Positions 1 through 13,304 of a stretch of 64,000 nucleotides of DNA are shown one piece after another. The notes below the pieces were generated by a model that worked only from the letters and a program-made list of their open reading frames with translations, had not been told where the DNA came from and did no database searches. This stretch comes from an uncultured Planctomycetaceae bacterium (GTDB lineage: Bacteria; Planctomycetota; Planctomycetia; Pirellulales; PALSA-1355), in assembly GCA_963785305.1 (NCBI GenBank), contig CAWAUV010000009.1, positions 384,001 through 448,000 on the forward strand, in the 5' to 3' direction. The position numbers were made by a program, and so were the translations under genes. Numbering within the stretch: position 1 is the first letter of the stretch; every line of letters begins with the position of its first letter.

Positions 1-788
1 TCGAGATAAGCCACCGTCGGAAAGCGCCATGTGGCCAAGCATTGCAGCAGGGCCCCGAGCGCGGGAAATGGCTTCAGGTAAACGAAAATCCGCTTGCCAT
101 CGCCGGGCGGCCAGCGAAACGGCTTGCCGAACGCGTCGGGCTGACATCCATAATAGCGAATCTCCGATCGCGGCCCGAAATGGTCGAGCTCCGGGTACGT
201 GCAAAGTAGCGTGGCATCGACCTGACGATAAAGATCGGCAAGGCTTTCCAGTGGCGGCTGGCCGCGGGCCAAGAGTAATTGGCGCGCATTTCCGAGGGCC
301 CTTCCGTCGGCGGCGGGGTCCGGCGGATTGGCCGACGCCTGGGCACGCAGGCGAGGCAAATCAGGCTCGGTCGTTGGACACGAAAACCCGACCCCGATCA
401 CGACGCGGCGAAACTCATGCTCTCGGGCCGCGAGCAGCGCCATGGGGCTATGTTCGAAGAGCACGACGTCCGGTTTTGTCGCTTGAAAGATCGATCGCCA
501 AGCCGCGGCGCGGATCGAAAGCCGCTCGTAGTCGCCGAAACCGACGTTCGCCAGCATCTGCCCAAACGTCTCGGGCTTGTCCATTCCCGGCGCCTGCCGC
601 GGCAATGAAAAGGGCGCCTGCCAATACGACACGTCGAGATGGCCGAACACGCGGCCGGCATGCGTCAGATCTCGCAGGGCCAAGTCGACCCGATGCCCGC
701 GACGAACGAGCTCGCCGACGATCGGCTTGAGGCCGCCGAGGTGCCCCAGTCCGCCGCCCAGTTCCCAAGTCACGAGGAATTTCGCCAT
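1..788 (-). CDS. GT-B fold glycosyltransferase (UDP-glycosyltransferase-like), runs off the left edge
   Basis: Hand translation from the ATG at 788 gives MAKFLVTWELGGGLGHLGGLKPIVGELVRRGHRVDLALRD...PDVVLFEHSP...TYPELDHFGPR...WPPGDGKRIFVYLK, open to position 1. It is absent from the ORF track because no stop falls in the window. Confidence 0.8.
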   Translation of the reverse strand, partial: MAKFLVTWELGGGLGHLGGLKPIVGELVRRGHRVDLALRDLTHAGRVFGHLDVSYWQAPFSLPRQAPGMDKPETFGQMLANVGFGDYERLSIRAAAWRSIFQATKPDVVLFEHSPMALLAAREHEFRRVVIGVGFSCPTTEPDLPRLRAQASANPPDPAADGRALGNARQLLLARGQPPLESLADLYRQVDATLLCTYPELDHFGPRSEIRYYGCQPDAFGKPFRWPPGDGKRIFVYLKPFPALGALLQCLATWRFPTVAYL

Positions 789-1151
789 CGGCGTTCACGG
801 CAACGAAGGGGAAAAAGGCGGCGGAGAGAGTTCTCGCGGCATTGTTCTCAGCGTTCTCCGCAAAGGTCACCAATCATCGCAACCAAATTCTTGTTCACAA
901 GCCTCGACCAAATATTCGGAAGCGGAATGAGCCTGCGGCATGACGTCGCTCGGTATCCCGGTCGACGGCGGATGCAATTCGCCGCGAAATAGGCCAGCTT
1001 TCAGTGAGGCGGCGCGCGAAAGAGCCAACGACGGAGCATTGTCCGCACTATACGCCTAATCGCCCTAAAAAAATATTTTGTTGCTGCGCAAGCTCTTTTG
1101 CCAGAATTAGTCATGCGGATTAACACCCCCCGATTGGAAAGGCGTGGAAGA

Positions 1152-1180
1152 TTGCATTCCTTAACTGGGGATTCTAAATT
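1152..1180 (+). promoter_or_regulatory. Putative sigma70 promoter of the giant surface/toxin gene
   Basis: TTGCAT-17 bp-TAAATT in an AT-rich intergenic region; GGGAG RBS at 1361-1365 before ATG 1373. Confidence 0.45.
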
Positions 1181-1372
1181 CTCCGCTCCAGCGGGGTAGA
1201 CCGGCGCATTCACGCACTGCCCCTCCACGGATGGCGCTCTCTTTTTATCAACCCGTTTTGCTTCGCCTGGTAATGACGAAAATGCCGCGGCGTCGGCGCG
1301 GTAGCGCTGTGCCTTTGGCGTTTCCGGGGTCTTTTCAAACTCACGAGCCATCTCTTCGCAGGGAGACGTTCG

Positions 1373-4300
1373 ATGCGGCTTTCACCTCGCTCTTGGAGGA
1401 ATACCGCCCGCGTTCTTGGGCTCGAGATTCGTGTCAAGCGGCGGCCCCGCCCCCAGAGCCGGCGAGCGGTTCTAGAGTCCCTTGAAGCGCGTCAACTGAT
1501 GCACGCCTCTTCGGTGGTCGTGGATACTTCGATATCCGCGTCGGGCTACGGAGAGACTGTGGTTTTCACGGCCGATGTGACGCCGGCCGACGGATATGAC
1601 GCCACCCCGACCGGCACGGTGGATTTTGTTGATAGTTCCACCGGCACGGACCTGGGAACTGAAACGCTCGACGGCAACGGCGACGCCACGCTCACCACCG
1701 ACTTGTTGAACGCCGGCGATCACACGATCGTCGCCACCTATAGCGGCGATTCGAACTTCGATTCCAGCAGCGCGTCGGTCGATCAAGAGTTCGATCAAGC
1801 TGCCGCGAGCGTGCAATTCGCCTCCTCGGCCGATGACGTGGTGTATGGCCAACCGGTCACGCTCACGGCGAACGTCGCCGCCTATGGCGGATATGCAGGC
1901 ACGCCGACCGGCTCGGTCGATTTCTACGACGAGACGACCGGCGAGGACCTGGGTTCCGCGTCTCTCGATGGCAGCGGCGACGCCAGCATGACTCTCCCCG
2001 ACCTTAGCGTCGGCGATCACACGATCGAAGTCACCTATAGCGGCGACGGAAATTTCCTGGGAGGCTCGAGCGATTCTTACGTCGATGGCGGCAATTCGTT
2101 TGTCCAAGAGATCGATCAGGCTTCGGTGGTGGTCTCGGCGGAAACATCGAGCTCGTCGGCGAACTACGGGGACTACCTCACATTCACGGCCACGGTGAGC
2201 GCGGCCGGTGGTAGCTCCGGCACGCCCACCGGATCGGTCGATTTTTATGACGAGAGCACGGAGCAGGACTTGGGCTCGATTGAACTCGACGGCACGGGCA
2301 CGGCGAGCTTATCGACTTCCAATCTGGGCGTTGGCGATCAGTCGATCGAAGCGATTTATAGCGGGGACTCGTATTTCGCGTCTGGCAACGCTTCGTTCGA
2401 TCAGCAAGTCAGTGCCCCGACAGGAATATCGATTTCTTCGTCCGATGGAACGTCGTTCGCATACGGCCAAACGGCCAATCTCGAGGCGTTTGTTTACTCT
2501 TACGGCGGCGTTCCGACCGGTTCGGTTGACTTTTACAACGAATTGACCGGCGTGGATTATGGCTCGGTCGAACTCGATGGCTCCGGATACGCGGGGCTCG
2601 CAACGGGCGATATTGGTGTCGGAGATGACGAGATCGTCGCCACATACAATGGCGAGGGCGGTTTCGAGAGTAGCAACGCGTCGTTGGAGGTAGATGTTTA
2701 TGCCACGTCGTCGGTGGTATTGACAAGCTCTATTCCAAATCCTTCCGTCTATGGCGAATCGGTTACGTTCGCGGCCGCGGTTTCAGGAAGCTATGGTGGC
2801 GTCGCCACCGGCACGGTCGATTTCTATGACGAAACAACCGGTGAGGACCTGGGAACCGTCGCCCTCGATGGCAATGGCGACGCCAATCTTTCCACCAGCA
2901 ATCTCTCGGTCGAAGACCATACGATCGTCGCCACCTATAGCGGCGACTCGAACCTGTACGGCAGCCAAGACTCGTTGACACAGGAAGTGGACTACGGCAC
3001 GACAACGACCCTCTCGAGCAGCACGCCTAATCCATCGATCTACGGCGAAAACGTGACGTTCACCGCCGTCGTCAGCGCTAGCAATGGGGTGTCAGGCATT
3101 CCCACCGGCTCGGTCGACTTCTACGACGAAACGACGGGACAAGACTTGGGGACGGCCACCCTTGACGGCAATGGCGACGCCAGTCTTTCAGTCGGCAATC
3201 TCATTGCCGAAGATCATTCGATCGTCGCCACATATAGCGGCGACTCGAACTGGGACGAAAGCCAGGACTCGCTCACGCAAGAAGTCGAATACGCTCCGAC
3301 AACGATCCTCGCAAGCGGCGAGCCCGATCCTTCCGCGTACGGCCAGCCATTAACGCTCACCGCCGTGGTTTCGAACTCCTACGGGGGCGTCCCAACCGGC
3401 TCGGTGGACTTCTACGACGAAACCACGAGCACCGATCTCGGCACTTATAGTCTCGACGACACGGGCATGGCCAGCTTCTCGACTTCGGGCCTGCCGGTTG
3501 GCGATCAAGCTATCGTGGCCAGCTATAGCGGGGACTCGAATTACTATTCTTCGTCGGCCACGACCGATTCGATGGTCTACAGCATTGGCCCGAGCATCAG
3601 CGCACCGAGCGGCCAAACCGGCGATGAAGACGTTCCGATATCGTTTTCGAGTAGTGGCGGCAGCGCCATCACCGTCAACGATCCGGATGTTACGAACCTC
3701 TCCGTGACGCTTTCCGTCGCGAACGGGATCTTGAACTTGGGCTGGAACGTCGACTCCAGTCTGAATGTTTCCGGGCAAGGTTCGAGCTTGCTCACGATCG
3801 AGGGCGATCAGTCGCTCATCAATCAAGCGCTGGATGGTCTTTATTATACGGCCGACCCGGATTTTTACGGCAGCGACACGCTGTCGATCACCGCCGACGA
3901 CTTGAGCGGCTCAGCCGATGGCACGGACCATACCACAACTTCTAGCGTGTCGATTACTGTCCTAACGCCGCCGAGTCTAAGTGTGCCGGGCGACCAAGTG
4001 ATGGCGGCCTTCGGCGGCGATGCCGGCGGCGCGGTAACTTTTTCAGCGGCGAACGGCTCCGCCATCACGGTCGGCGATTCCAATTCCGCTGTGAGCATCT
4101 TACAAGTCGCTCTTTCCGATAATTACGGCAACCTCGATCTGGCGGATACCAGTGGAATAACGTTCGACGAAGGAAGCAACAATAGCCAAAGCTTCACGAT
4201 CGAGGGCACGGTTGCCGACTTGAACAATGCTCTCGACGGACTGACCTATCAACAGGAAAGCTTTGGCTCGATCAACCCCGACACACTCACCGTGAGTGTC

Positions 4301-7300
4301 GATGATCTGACCGGTTCCGGCTACGGAGGTATCGTCTCGTCGGAAGTCGGGATCGACATCCCGCCGCCAAGCATTTCTGTTACGAGCGGTGTTTCCGGCA
4401 GTTATGGCGGCGAAGTCGATCCGGGCATCTTCCTCGACGATCTCACCGGCGATGAATTGGAATTGACTTTGCAGGTTACTGGAAACGAAGGGGGCTCGTT
4501 GTGGTCACCCCTCACGGGCCAAGGCGGCACGACTTTGGTGCTTCAAGACACGGCGTCGAACCTCAACAACGATCTGCAAAATCTCGAATACAGCTACGGT
4601 GATCCGGACGGCGGAACCGACACGATTTTGATTTCCGTCACCGATCTAACGACGGGCGCGAGCGGCAGTGCGATCCAGTACATCTCCGATCCGGCTTCGC
4701 AACCTTACCTGAGTATCGACGGAAGCAATCCCGACGTCGAGCAAGATCAGACAGCGAGTGTCCAGCTCTATGTGAGCGACTCGATTCCGCAAATGGATAA
4801 TTTCAATTTTACGGTTTCCTCGGATTCGCCCGACGTCACGGGCGCGGGCGTTTCTTACTCCGGCGGCAATGATACCGCGACATTTACTTGGACTCCCGGA
4901 ACTCAGAACTCGGGAAATTACACGTTCACGATATCCGTATCGGACGGATTCAGCACGGCGAGCATGCAGCTCGAAATCGGCGTGATCGACGAGACGCCCG
5001 TCTTCGAGCCCATTTCAGACCAATCGGTCACGGATGGGAGCGCGCTCTCATTCGACGCCCAAGCGAACTGCCCCGATAGTTCGATTGGCGTCAACTACAG
5101 CGTGGATACGTCGATTCCCGGCGTTTACATCGATCCCAACAGCGGCCAGATGTGGATCGGGACCAACAATCTGGCGACCGGCAGTTACCCGGTTACCGTC
5201 ATGGCGACCAACACGCTCGGCGAAAGCGCCGCCGAAACGTTCAATGTCGATGTCACGAACAACGCGACGAATCCGGCCACGTTGAATACACAGTCCAATC
5301 AATCGACGCCCACCATCGCCAGCGACGCGCTTGGAGACTATATCGCGGCTTGGTACGGCGTCGACTCGCAAACCGGCGCGGCCGGCATTTATGGCCAAGC
5401 CTTCTCGCCCTCCGGCGTCGCCGAGGGAGGCAACTTCTTGATCGCCCAAACCGCGGGCGGCTATGGCGGCGCGCCCTCGATCGCCATGAACGGCGCCGGA
5501 GAGTTCGTGGTCTCCTGGTGGGATAACGATTCCGTTTACGCGGAACAGTTCGCCGCGTATAGCGGCGCGGCCGGCGGTCCCACTTCCACCAGCGCGGTTC
5601 AGCAAGTCAATCCTTCCGGAACGGCGGCCTCGGAGCCCTCGGTAGCTATTGGATCGGACGGGGCCTATGTCATTGCGTGGTATGGCGATGATACATCGGG
5701 CAACGATGGCGTTTACGCCGAGCAGTTCTCATCCAGCGGCGCCGCGAGCGGCAGCGTCGTGCAAGTCGTCGGCTTCGGCGCATCACAACCGTCGGTCGTC
5801 ATGGACGCCAACGACAACTTCCTGGTCGCCTGGAACTGGTCCGGCTCGGCCTATGCGATGGAGTTCGCCGCCGATGGCTCCGTGCTGCAAACCGCTTTCG
5901 AAGTCGCCGGCTCTGAAAGCGTGGCCGCGCTGGCCGCCGGCATGGGTCCCAATGGCCAGTTCGCGATCGCCTGGAGCACGGGCGACAACGGCGGCTCGGT
6001 CGAAGCCGTGAACTACACAGCGGCTTGCCAGGCGGTCGAGAATACACCGATCATCGTCGATAGCAATCAGCCCGGCGACGACAACACCTCGCAGCCGCTG
6101 GGCGTCGCCATCGATGGCTCCGGCTATTTCATGGTCACCTGGTACGATGGCATTTCGGGCGGTTCCTACCCGCTCGGCACGGAAGACGCCATCTACAGCC
6201 CCAGCGGCGCCGTGGCCCAAAGCGCCCAGTGGCTCGACGCGATCAACCCCAACCAGTTGGTGACCGACAGCGCCGATTACTGGTTCAATTACCAGGACTC
6301 CGGCGGCGCCGCCGTCTCGACGGGCGACTCCGGCGCCTTCGACGCCGCCTGGGCCCACCCCGCCTGGGACGGCAACTCCAACGCCATCTACACCCAGCCC
6401 GAGTCGGTCGTCGAACCGTTGCAGCTAACAACGCCTGGTCAGCCGCTCGCCCCGGTCACAATCGCAGCCGGCGCCGCGGCCACGACGCTCGACGTCAGCG
6501 GCGACTTCACCGAAAACGGTAATTCGGATCCGCTGGTCTACAGCGTCTCTGCCAATGACAACAGTTCCGTGGTCACGGCCAGCTTCACCGGCTCCGTTCT
6601 GTCGCTTCAGCGCTCCGGAAGCTTCGACAGGCACGGCCAACCTCGTGGTTCGAGCCACGGACACTATTACAGGGAACTTCGTCGAAGCGCCGATGACAGT
6701 CGCGGCGCTTTTGCCACCGCCGGTGCTGGCGCCCATCTCGGATCAGTCGGTTGCTGAAGGGGGCACGCTCACGCTGACAGCCTCCGCCACCGATGCGGCG
6801 ATTCCTTCGCCCACGTTGGCATACAGCCTTGCCGCCACGAATCCCGATGGCTCGTCCCCGCCCGTCGGAGCCACGATCGATTCCGCCACCGGCGCTTTCA
6901 CATGGACGCCATCGAATATCGTCGCCGGCACGTACTCCTTTACCGTTGTCGTCAGCGATAATGGATCACCTGCCCAAACGGATAGCCAGACTTTTCAAGT
7001 CGAATTGGATAGCACGCCGATCGTGATCAACACTGTCGGCGATCAGGCGGTGGAAGCCGGTTCGCCCCTGAGCGTGCAAATCACCGCCGTGGACCCGGGA
7101 TTCCCGGCGTCGCCGTTGACTTTCTCGCTCGTCGACGCTCCGAACGGCGCCGCGATCACTTCGGGCGGCCTGTTTTCTTGGACGCCCAGCGCCTCGGGAA
7201 ATCCAGGTGTTTATCCGGTCACGGTTCAGGTAAACAGCACTGGCCCGGATGGCGGAACGAACACAAGCACTTTCATGGTATCCGTGGGCAAGTCGGGCAT

Positions 7301-10300
7301 TAGCGAGCCGCCATCGCTCGATCCGATCTCCGCCGTGAGCATTGATGCGGGGCAGCAACTCTCCCTCACCGCCGAAGCCACCGATCCCAACCCCGGAGAG
7401 TCGGTGACCTACAGCCTGGATATCAATGGCGATTCAGCCCCAGGCGCCGCGATCGATCCGTCGACGGGGGGCATCACCTGGACTCCCACGGAGAGCGATG
7501 CCCCGGGCATATATGATATTACCGTTCGCGCGACCGACAGCGGCCCCAACCACCTCACCACATCAACCTCGTTTCAAGTCACCGTAAACGCGGTCTACAC
7601 CGCGCCCACGCTCGATGCGATAGCCGATCAAACGATTTCCGCCGGAAGCACTCTCTCCGTGCTAGCGAATGCGACGATGGGCGATGGGAGCAATGTTGTG
7701 TACAGTCTGGCGGCGGGCGCTCCGACGGGCGCGGCGATCGATCCCTCGTCCGGCATTCTGACGTGGCCCACGACCGTCTCGGACGCGCTTGGCGGCTATC
7801 CCATCACCGTTATTGCCACGAGCGCGGAAGACCCGAGCCTGTCGGCCACGCAAACCTTTAATGTCACGCTGACGGCGGCCCTGCCACCCGATGTGTTGGC
7901 GGTGTTGCCCAGCGCTAATGCCATCGCCCAAGGCGCCAGCCTCACCCTCACCGCCGATGTTCAAGGGCCGGCCGGCGGCACGATCCAAGCCGTCGACTTC
8001 TACCGAGACGCAAATGGCGACGGTGCGCTCGAAACCGGCGCGGGCGGAGACACGCTTCTCGGCGTCGGCACGCTCAATTCCGATGGAACCTATTCCATCG
8101 CCGTTTCAACCGACTCGTTCACCCTCGGAACGCAGACCTTCTTCGTGCAGGCACTCGACGGCAACGGAGCCTCCGGCGATCTTGGTATCGCCTACGTCGA
8201 AGTCACCGGGGGCAATGGCACAGAAAATCCCGCGCCGATCGTCTCGGGCGTTAGCGCGGCGTATAGCATTAATCAAGACCAGAACCTCGAATTCGATGTT
8301 CAAGCATCCGACCCCGATCCTTCCGCCACGCTCACTTACAGCCTCGATCCCGGCGCGCCGGCCGGCGCTACCATCTCTAGTTCCGGCGTTCTGACCTGGA
8401 ACGTGTCGTCGTCGCAAGCCGCCGGCGAATATCCGATCGCCATTCGCGTCAACGACAACGGCAGCCCGGTCACCAGCGAGGTCGTGAGCACGATCGTCAC
8501 GGTGCTCGCGTTCGATCAACCGCCCACACTCGATCCGATCGACGCGCAAACCGTCGACGAATACGGCACGCTCAGTGTCAATCTCTCGGGCGAGAATAAC
8601 GACACGGCGCAAGACAACCTTTCTTATGGAATCGTGAGCGCCCCCGCCGGCGCCTTTATCGACTCCACCTCCGGCGCGTTCACTTGGACCACCGACGCCG
8701 ACAACGCCGGCCAAAGCTACACCGCCACCGTATCGGTGACCGATCTGGCCAATGGTCTCACCACGGACCAAACCTTCACAATCGCTGTCGGAATCGACCC
8801 CGTGGCGCCGACGCTGGCCCAGATTGCCGACCAAACCGCCACGCCCGGTAATGTGCTCGCGTTCACCGCCGTGGCCACAGACGAGGCGATCGCGGCGCCG
8901 CTTACCTACAGCCTCGCCAATCTTCCGGCGGCGATGGCGTCGGCCAGCATCGATCCCAACACCGGGGCATTTACCTGGACTCCCCAGGATTCCGACGCCG
9001 GCGAAGACTACGTCTTCACCGTGGAAGTCACGAACGCCCAGGGCGAGAGCGACACGCAAAACGTGAATGTCGCGATTTCGACAGTGGCGCTCGCGCCGGT
9101 GCTCGATTCCATTCCCAACCAGACGGTTAATCCTTCGACCGAGGTTCAATTCACCGCCTCGGCCACCGATCCGAGCTCGCCCGGCGGCGCTATCGAATAT
9201 GGCCTCGCGCCGGCGGGGGGCGATGCCAACATTCCGGCGGCGCTCGACACCGCGACGATCGATCCGACGACGGGCGCTTTTTCTTGGACGCCCAGCGTGA
9301 CCGACCTAGGGCAGAGCTATCAGGTCGTGGTCGTCGCCACCAACGACGCCGGATTGACCGCTTCGCAGGTCGTCACCATCAACGTCGTCGACGATAGCGC
9401 CGTGACGCTCGACCCCATCGCCGATCAATCGCTCGTCGAGGGGCAAACGATCGGCTTCTATTTTTACGGTCACGACGATTACACCCCTTTCAGCACTCTG
9501 TCCTACACGCTTACCGGCAGTCCCGACAATCCGGACGGCGGCTACTCGTTGCCAAGCCTCGACTCGGCGTCCGGCCTTCTTACATTCTCGCCTCCCGAGG
9601 CGGGCGCCTATTCCTTCACGCTCACGGCCTCGAATGGCGTGAATTCCGCGTCGCAAACGTTCAATATCACCGTCGCCCCCCAACCCACTCTGAACTATGA
9701 TCCCGTTTCGCCGAATGTCTCGCTCAGCATATCAGACCAATACACCGATCCGAGCTCGGGCCTTGCCGCCGTCGATTTGCCGATCAACGACCAGTGGTCG
9801 CAGCAGCTTACCGTCGATGGCGCCGACATCGCCGACAATCAACCCGACGCTTCCGGGCATGTCGAGTATTCGGCCCAGGACCCGCATTTCCGGTCGGCCA
9901 CGTTCACGGTGAGCTATGCCGATGGCCGGGAGCTCGACGGGGTTTGGTATCTGAATTTCAATCCCGACGTGATTCGTGTTTTCGATTCGTCGGGCGCCGA
10001 GATCGCGCCCGATCAGCTCTTCGAGGTCTCGGGCGAGACATCGCTCGAGGAGGATTTCGAGGTCGAGGCGATCGCTCCGGGCGCGATGTACGATCCGCCG
10101 ATGCTGACCGCGACCTATGAGAATCCCGCCGACGAAGGCTACGGCGGTTCGGCGTCGCTCGAGGCCGAGCCGGTGGGCGTCGATCTCACGTTGGCCGGGC
10201 TCGACCATATCACGAGCGAAACCTCCGGCGCGATGCTTCCGGTCGACGCGGGTTACGACCAAGGCTTCGTCGACGCCAGCGGCGACCCGGTGGCCGACAA

Positions 10301-13280
10301 TTCGCCCGACGCGCCCGCGAATCTCCAGAATATCGGTGCGCCGGAGCTGATCGACGCGGTGATGCAGTTTTACGGGATCGGCGACGAAACGGCCGACTGG
10401 ACACTCGACTATCCCGACGAGCTGCGCGTGTATAATAGCTCCGGCGACTACCTTGCCCCCGGCACGCAAATGCAAGTCGACGACTTCAATCAGGTCCCGC
10501 TGATCGTGCAAGTCGTGCAGCCGATCTCCGGGCCCGACGACCAGATCACGGCCACCGCCACGGTCGACGACCCGGCGGAGACCGAGGTCTCGGACGAAGC
10601 CGAGGTGGCGTCGGCGAGCGTCAGCCTGACCGTGGGCGGCATGTCGGCCCAGCAAGCGGCGACGACTGGCGGCGTGATTCAGTTGAATGATAATTACGAT
10701 GGTGGCTTCACGTATTCGAACGGGAGTCCCAAGCCCGACGATGTGGCGTCGCCGCCAGCGGCCACCGATCCGCAACTGGTTCCGGCCACGGTGACGATCA
10801 CCGGCGCGCGGGCGCCGCCGGCGTTTGGTATGTGCATCAGAACGTGGGCGATGGCGCGGGCCGTGAAGTGCGGGTCTGGATCGCGAATTCCAACGGCACG
10901 CTCACGGCCGCCCCGACCGGAACCGATGCCCAAAACGGAATCCCCACCGCCCAAATCACCTTGCCGGCCTCGGGAACGATGACGATCAATCTCTATATCG
11001 AAGGCGTGCGCGAAGGGTCGGTGAACGGGGCCACGTTGACCGCCGGCTTCATGCCCGCCAACGCCGCGACGCCCCGTGTGCTGAGCAGCCCGGTGAAGCT
11101 CACCGTGGCCGCGGCGACGCTTTCCATCAACGGACTCGACAAGTATGATTCCGAGAAGACCGGCGCCTTCGTCGGCGTCGACAACGCGTTCACCAAGGGC
11201 TTGACCCAAAACGGCGCCGCCGCGCCGAACTATACCAGCCCCACGACCTTCGATTCAAACGGCTGGCAAACCGACCTGATGCCGGCCACGTTCACCGCCC
11301 AAACGACCGATGGCGGCGTGGCCGGCACGGTGCAGTTTACCTATTCCACGTCGCTGATCGGCCTGTGGCTGGTTCCGAGCGATGGAAGCGCGCCGACCTT
11401 GATCCAGCCCGGCGAAGATGTGACGATGCCCTCATCCGGCCTATTGAACCTCTTGATCGAGGGCCTAACAAGCTCCACGACGCCGCTGGCCGACATGATC
11501 ACCGCCACATATACCGAGGCCACGAGCCAGCCGATCTTGGGCAGCCTGGGCGATTGGTCGCGTTACACGGTGGTCAATGTGAACGCCGGCTTCGACGGCG
11601 ACCGCTCCGGCACGATCAATCCGAACGCCCCGCAAGATCAAGCGCTCACGTTCTGGTACGCCCAGCAATTGTCGAACGCCGCCGACCCAAGCTCGGTCTT
11701 GCAGGACTACGCGCCGCTCGATCTGTCGTTCAATAGCGCGGTGGCAAACTTGGCGAGCGGTCCGAACGCGCCGATTGACGTGTTCTCCGATCTAGCGTTG
11801 ACTTCGATTCAGGGGTCCACGCCGCTGTTCGAGGCTGTGCCCCGCGTGCAATCGACGGGCGCCGAGGACTATTTGAGCAATTCGGTCATGTATGCCAGCC
11901 AAGGACAATTGCTGCAATACTCGATCGCCAATCCATACCAGCATCTCATCGTGGCCGATGGCCTTGGGGCGGGAGGAATTCCCAGCGGCATGTTCCTCAA
12001 CACCAATGACGAGCAGTTGATCTTCGCGGCGGAGGGCAACGGAATATCGATTTCGAAGTTGTCGTTCGACGTCGACATTTGGGTCGGAGGCACGATGTTT
12101 CAACTCCACAAATCGCTCACGTTGTATCTGGCGCCCATCACGTCGTTTTTCGACACCTTCAGCGTGTCGACCTCGGCCGGCGTAAACGCCAACAATCCGA
12201 TCGCGACGCCGGCCACACAGCCGAACATGGCGTCGTTCCCGGGCGTCGCCCTGGGCGCGATGTCGCAAGTTACCACATTTCCGGGAGTTTCCGGTAACCA
12301 GTACACGCTCTATGTGCATGGAACCAACATGACGGTCCCCGATCAGATTAGTCAAGCCACGGCGATGTACGAGCGGCTGTATTGGCAAGGTTATACAGGC
12401 CGATTCGGGCTGTTCTCCTGGCCGAATAATGTCTTGTCATATACGGATAATACGTACAACGCGAGCGATTATTCCGCGTATCTGTCGGGCGCTTCGCTCG
12501 TGACGGCGCTCGAATACATCTGGCGCTTCGCTCAACAACGGCATCTACTCCGGCCATGTGACGGTCTATGCCCACAGCATGGGCAATGAGGTGGTGGGCG
12601 AGGCGTTCCGGGAATATGTGCAAGCCAATCCTGGCGGATCGCCTCTGGTCGAAACATACATCGCGAGCCAAGCGGCGGTGTCGGCCGATGCTTACGGCGA
12701 TCCGAGCACCACCGAGGGCTTTATTCAAGATGGACCGTTCCTGTTTCAGCACTGGCCCGACGGGCTCGCGAACCAGCCCGGTTACTATGCCGGCAACGGC
12801 CCGGCGGCCTCGAACTGGGTGAATTTCTATAATCCGGTGGATTATGCGTTGTCGGCGTGGTCCTGGAACAATTACCTGAACAAACCGCAAAAACTGGATT
12901 CCTCGGTCTGGGAATACGATTACGCCGCGATTCCCGACGCGAATATGCCGTCAGGATACGATTACGTGCGCTATGTCACGACGTGGGTGTTTATTCAAAT
13001 CAACGGAGTGCCCATTCCGGTGCCCCTTGTCGACAATGTTGGCGCCGTCACCAATCCGTTCGAAATCCTGGCGTTCGTGTCGCAAAGCCACGCGGGGCCC
13101 GTGGGAGCGCAATATATGACATCAATCCCCGGCGGCGTTAAGTGGAACGAAAATTTCGATTTGAATGACAAACCATATTATGTTGGCGACACCCGCCCTG
13201 AGCACTCGTTTCAATTTGAGTTCAGCATTGCCCGAACATGGTCGTATTGGGAAGAAGTTGACAAGCAGCTTGGGAAGTAG
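1373..13280 (+). CDS. Giant extracellular Ig-like/cadherin-like repeat protein with C-terminal alpha/beta-hydrolase (candidate polymorphic toxin), ~3,960 aa, three apparent frameshifts (~6605, ~10809, ~12520)
   Basis: ORFs 1373-6757, 6555-10982, 10832-12589 and 12558-13280 join into one continuous protein. It has an N-terminal LESLEARQLM planctomycete extracellular motif, 7 Big_3-like repeats (PTGSVDFYDETTG...YSGDSN), cadherin/He_PIG-like repeats (PxLDPIADQ...TGAFTWTP) and PSIAMN..GEFVVSW propeller-like repeats. The C-terminus carries hydrolase motifs YVHGTN, RLYWQGYTGR, AHSMGN, NPVDYAL and EHSF. Confidence 0.85.
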
Positions 13281-13304
13281 TGGTCGACGTTCAGGAGATA
13301 TTAA

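Noticed and set aside
1500..9700. CRISPR array or other non-coding repeat array
   Set aside because: The recurring motifs (e.g. GGTCGACTTCTACGACGAAAC) are degenerate, ~290 bp apart and in frame, so they are coding Ig-domain repeats. No cas genes seen.
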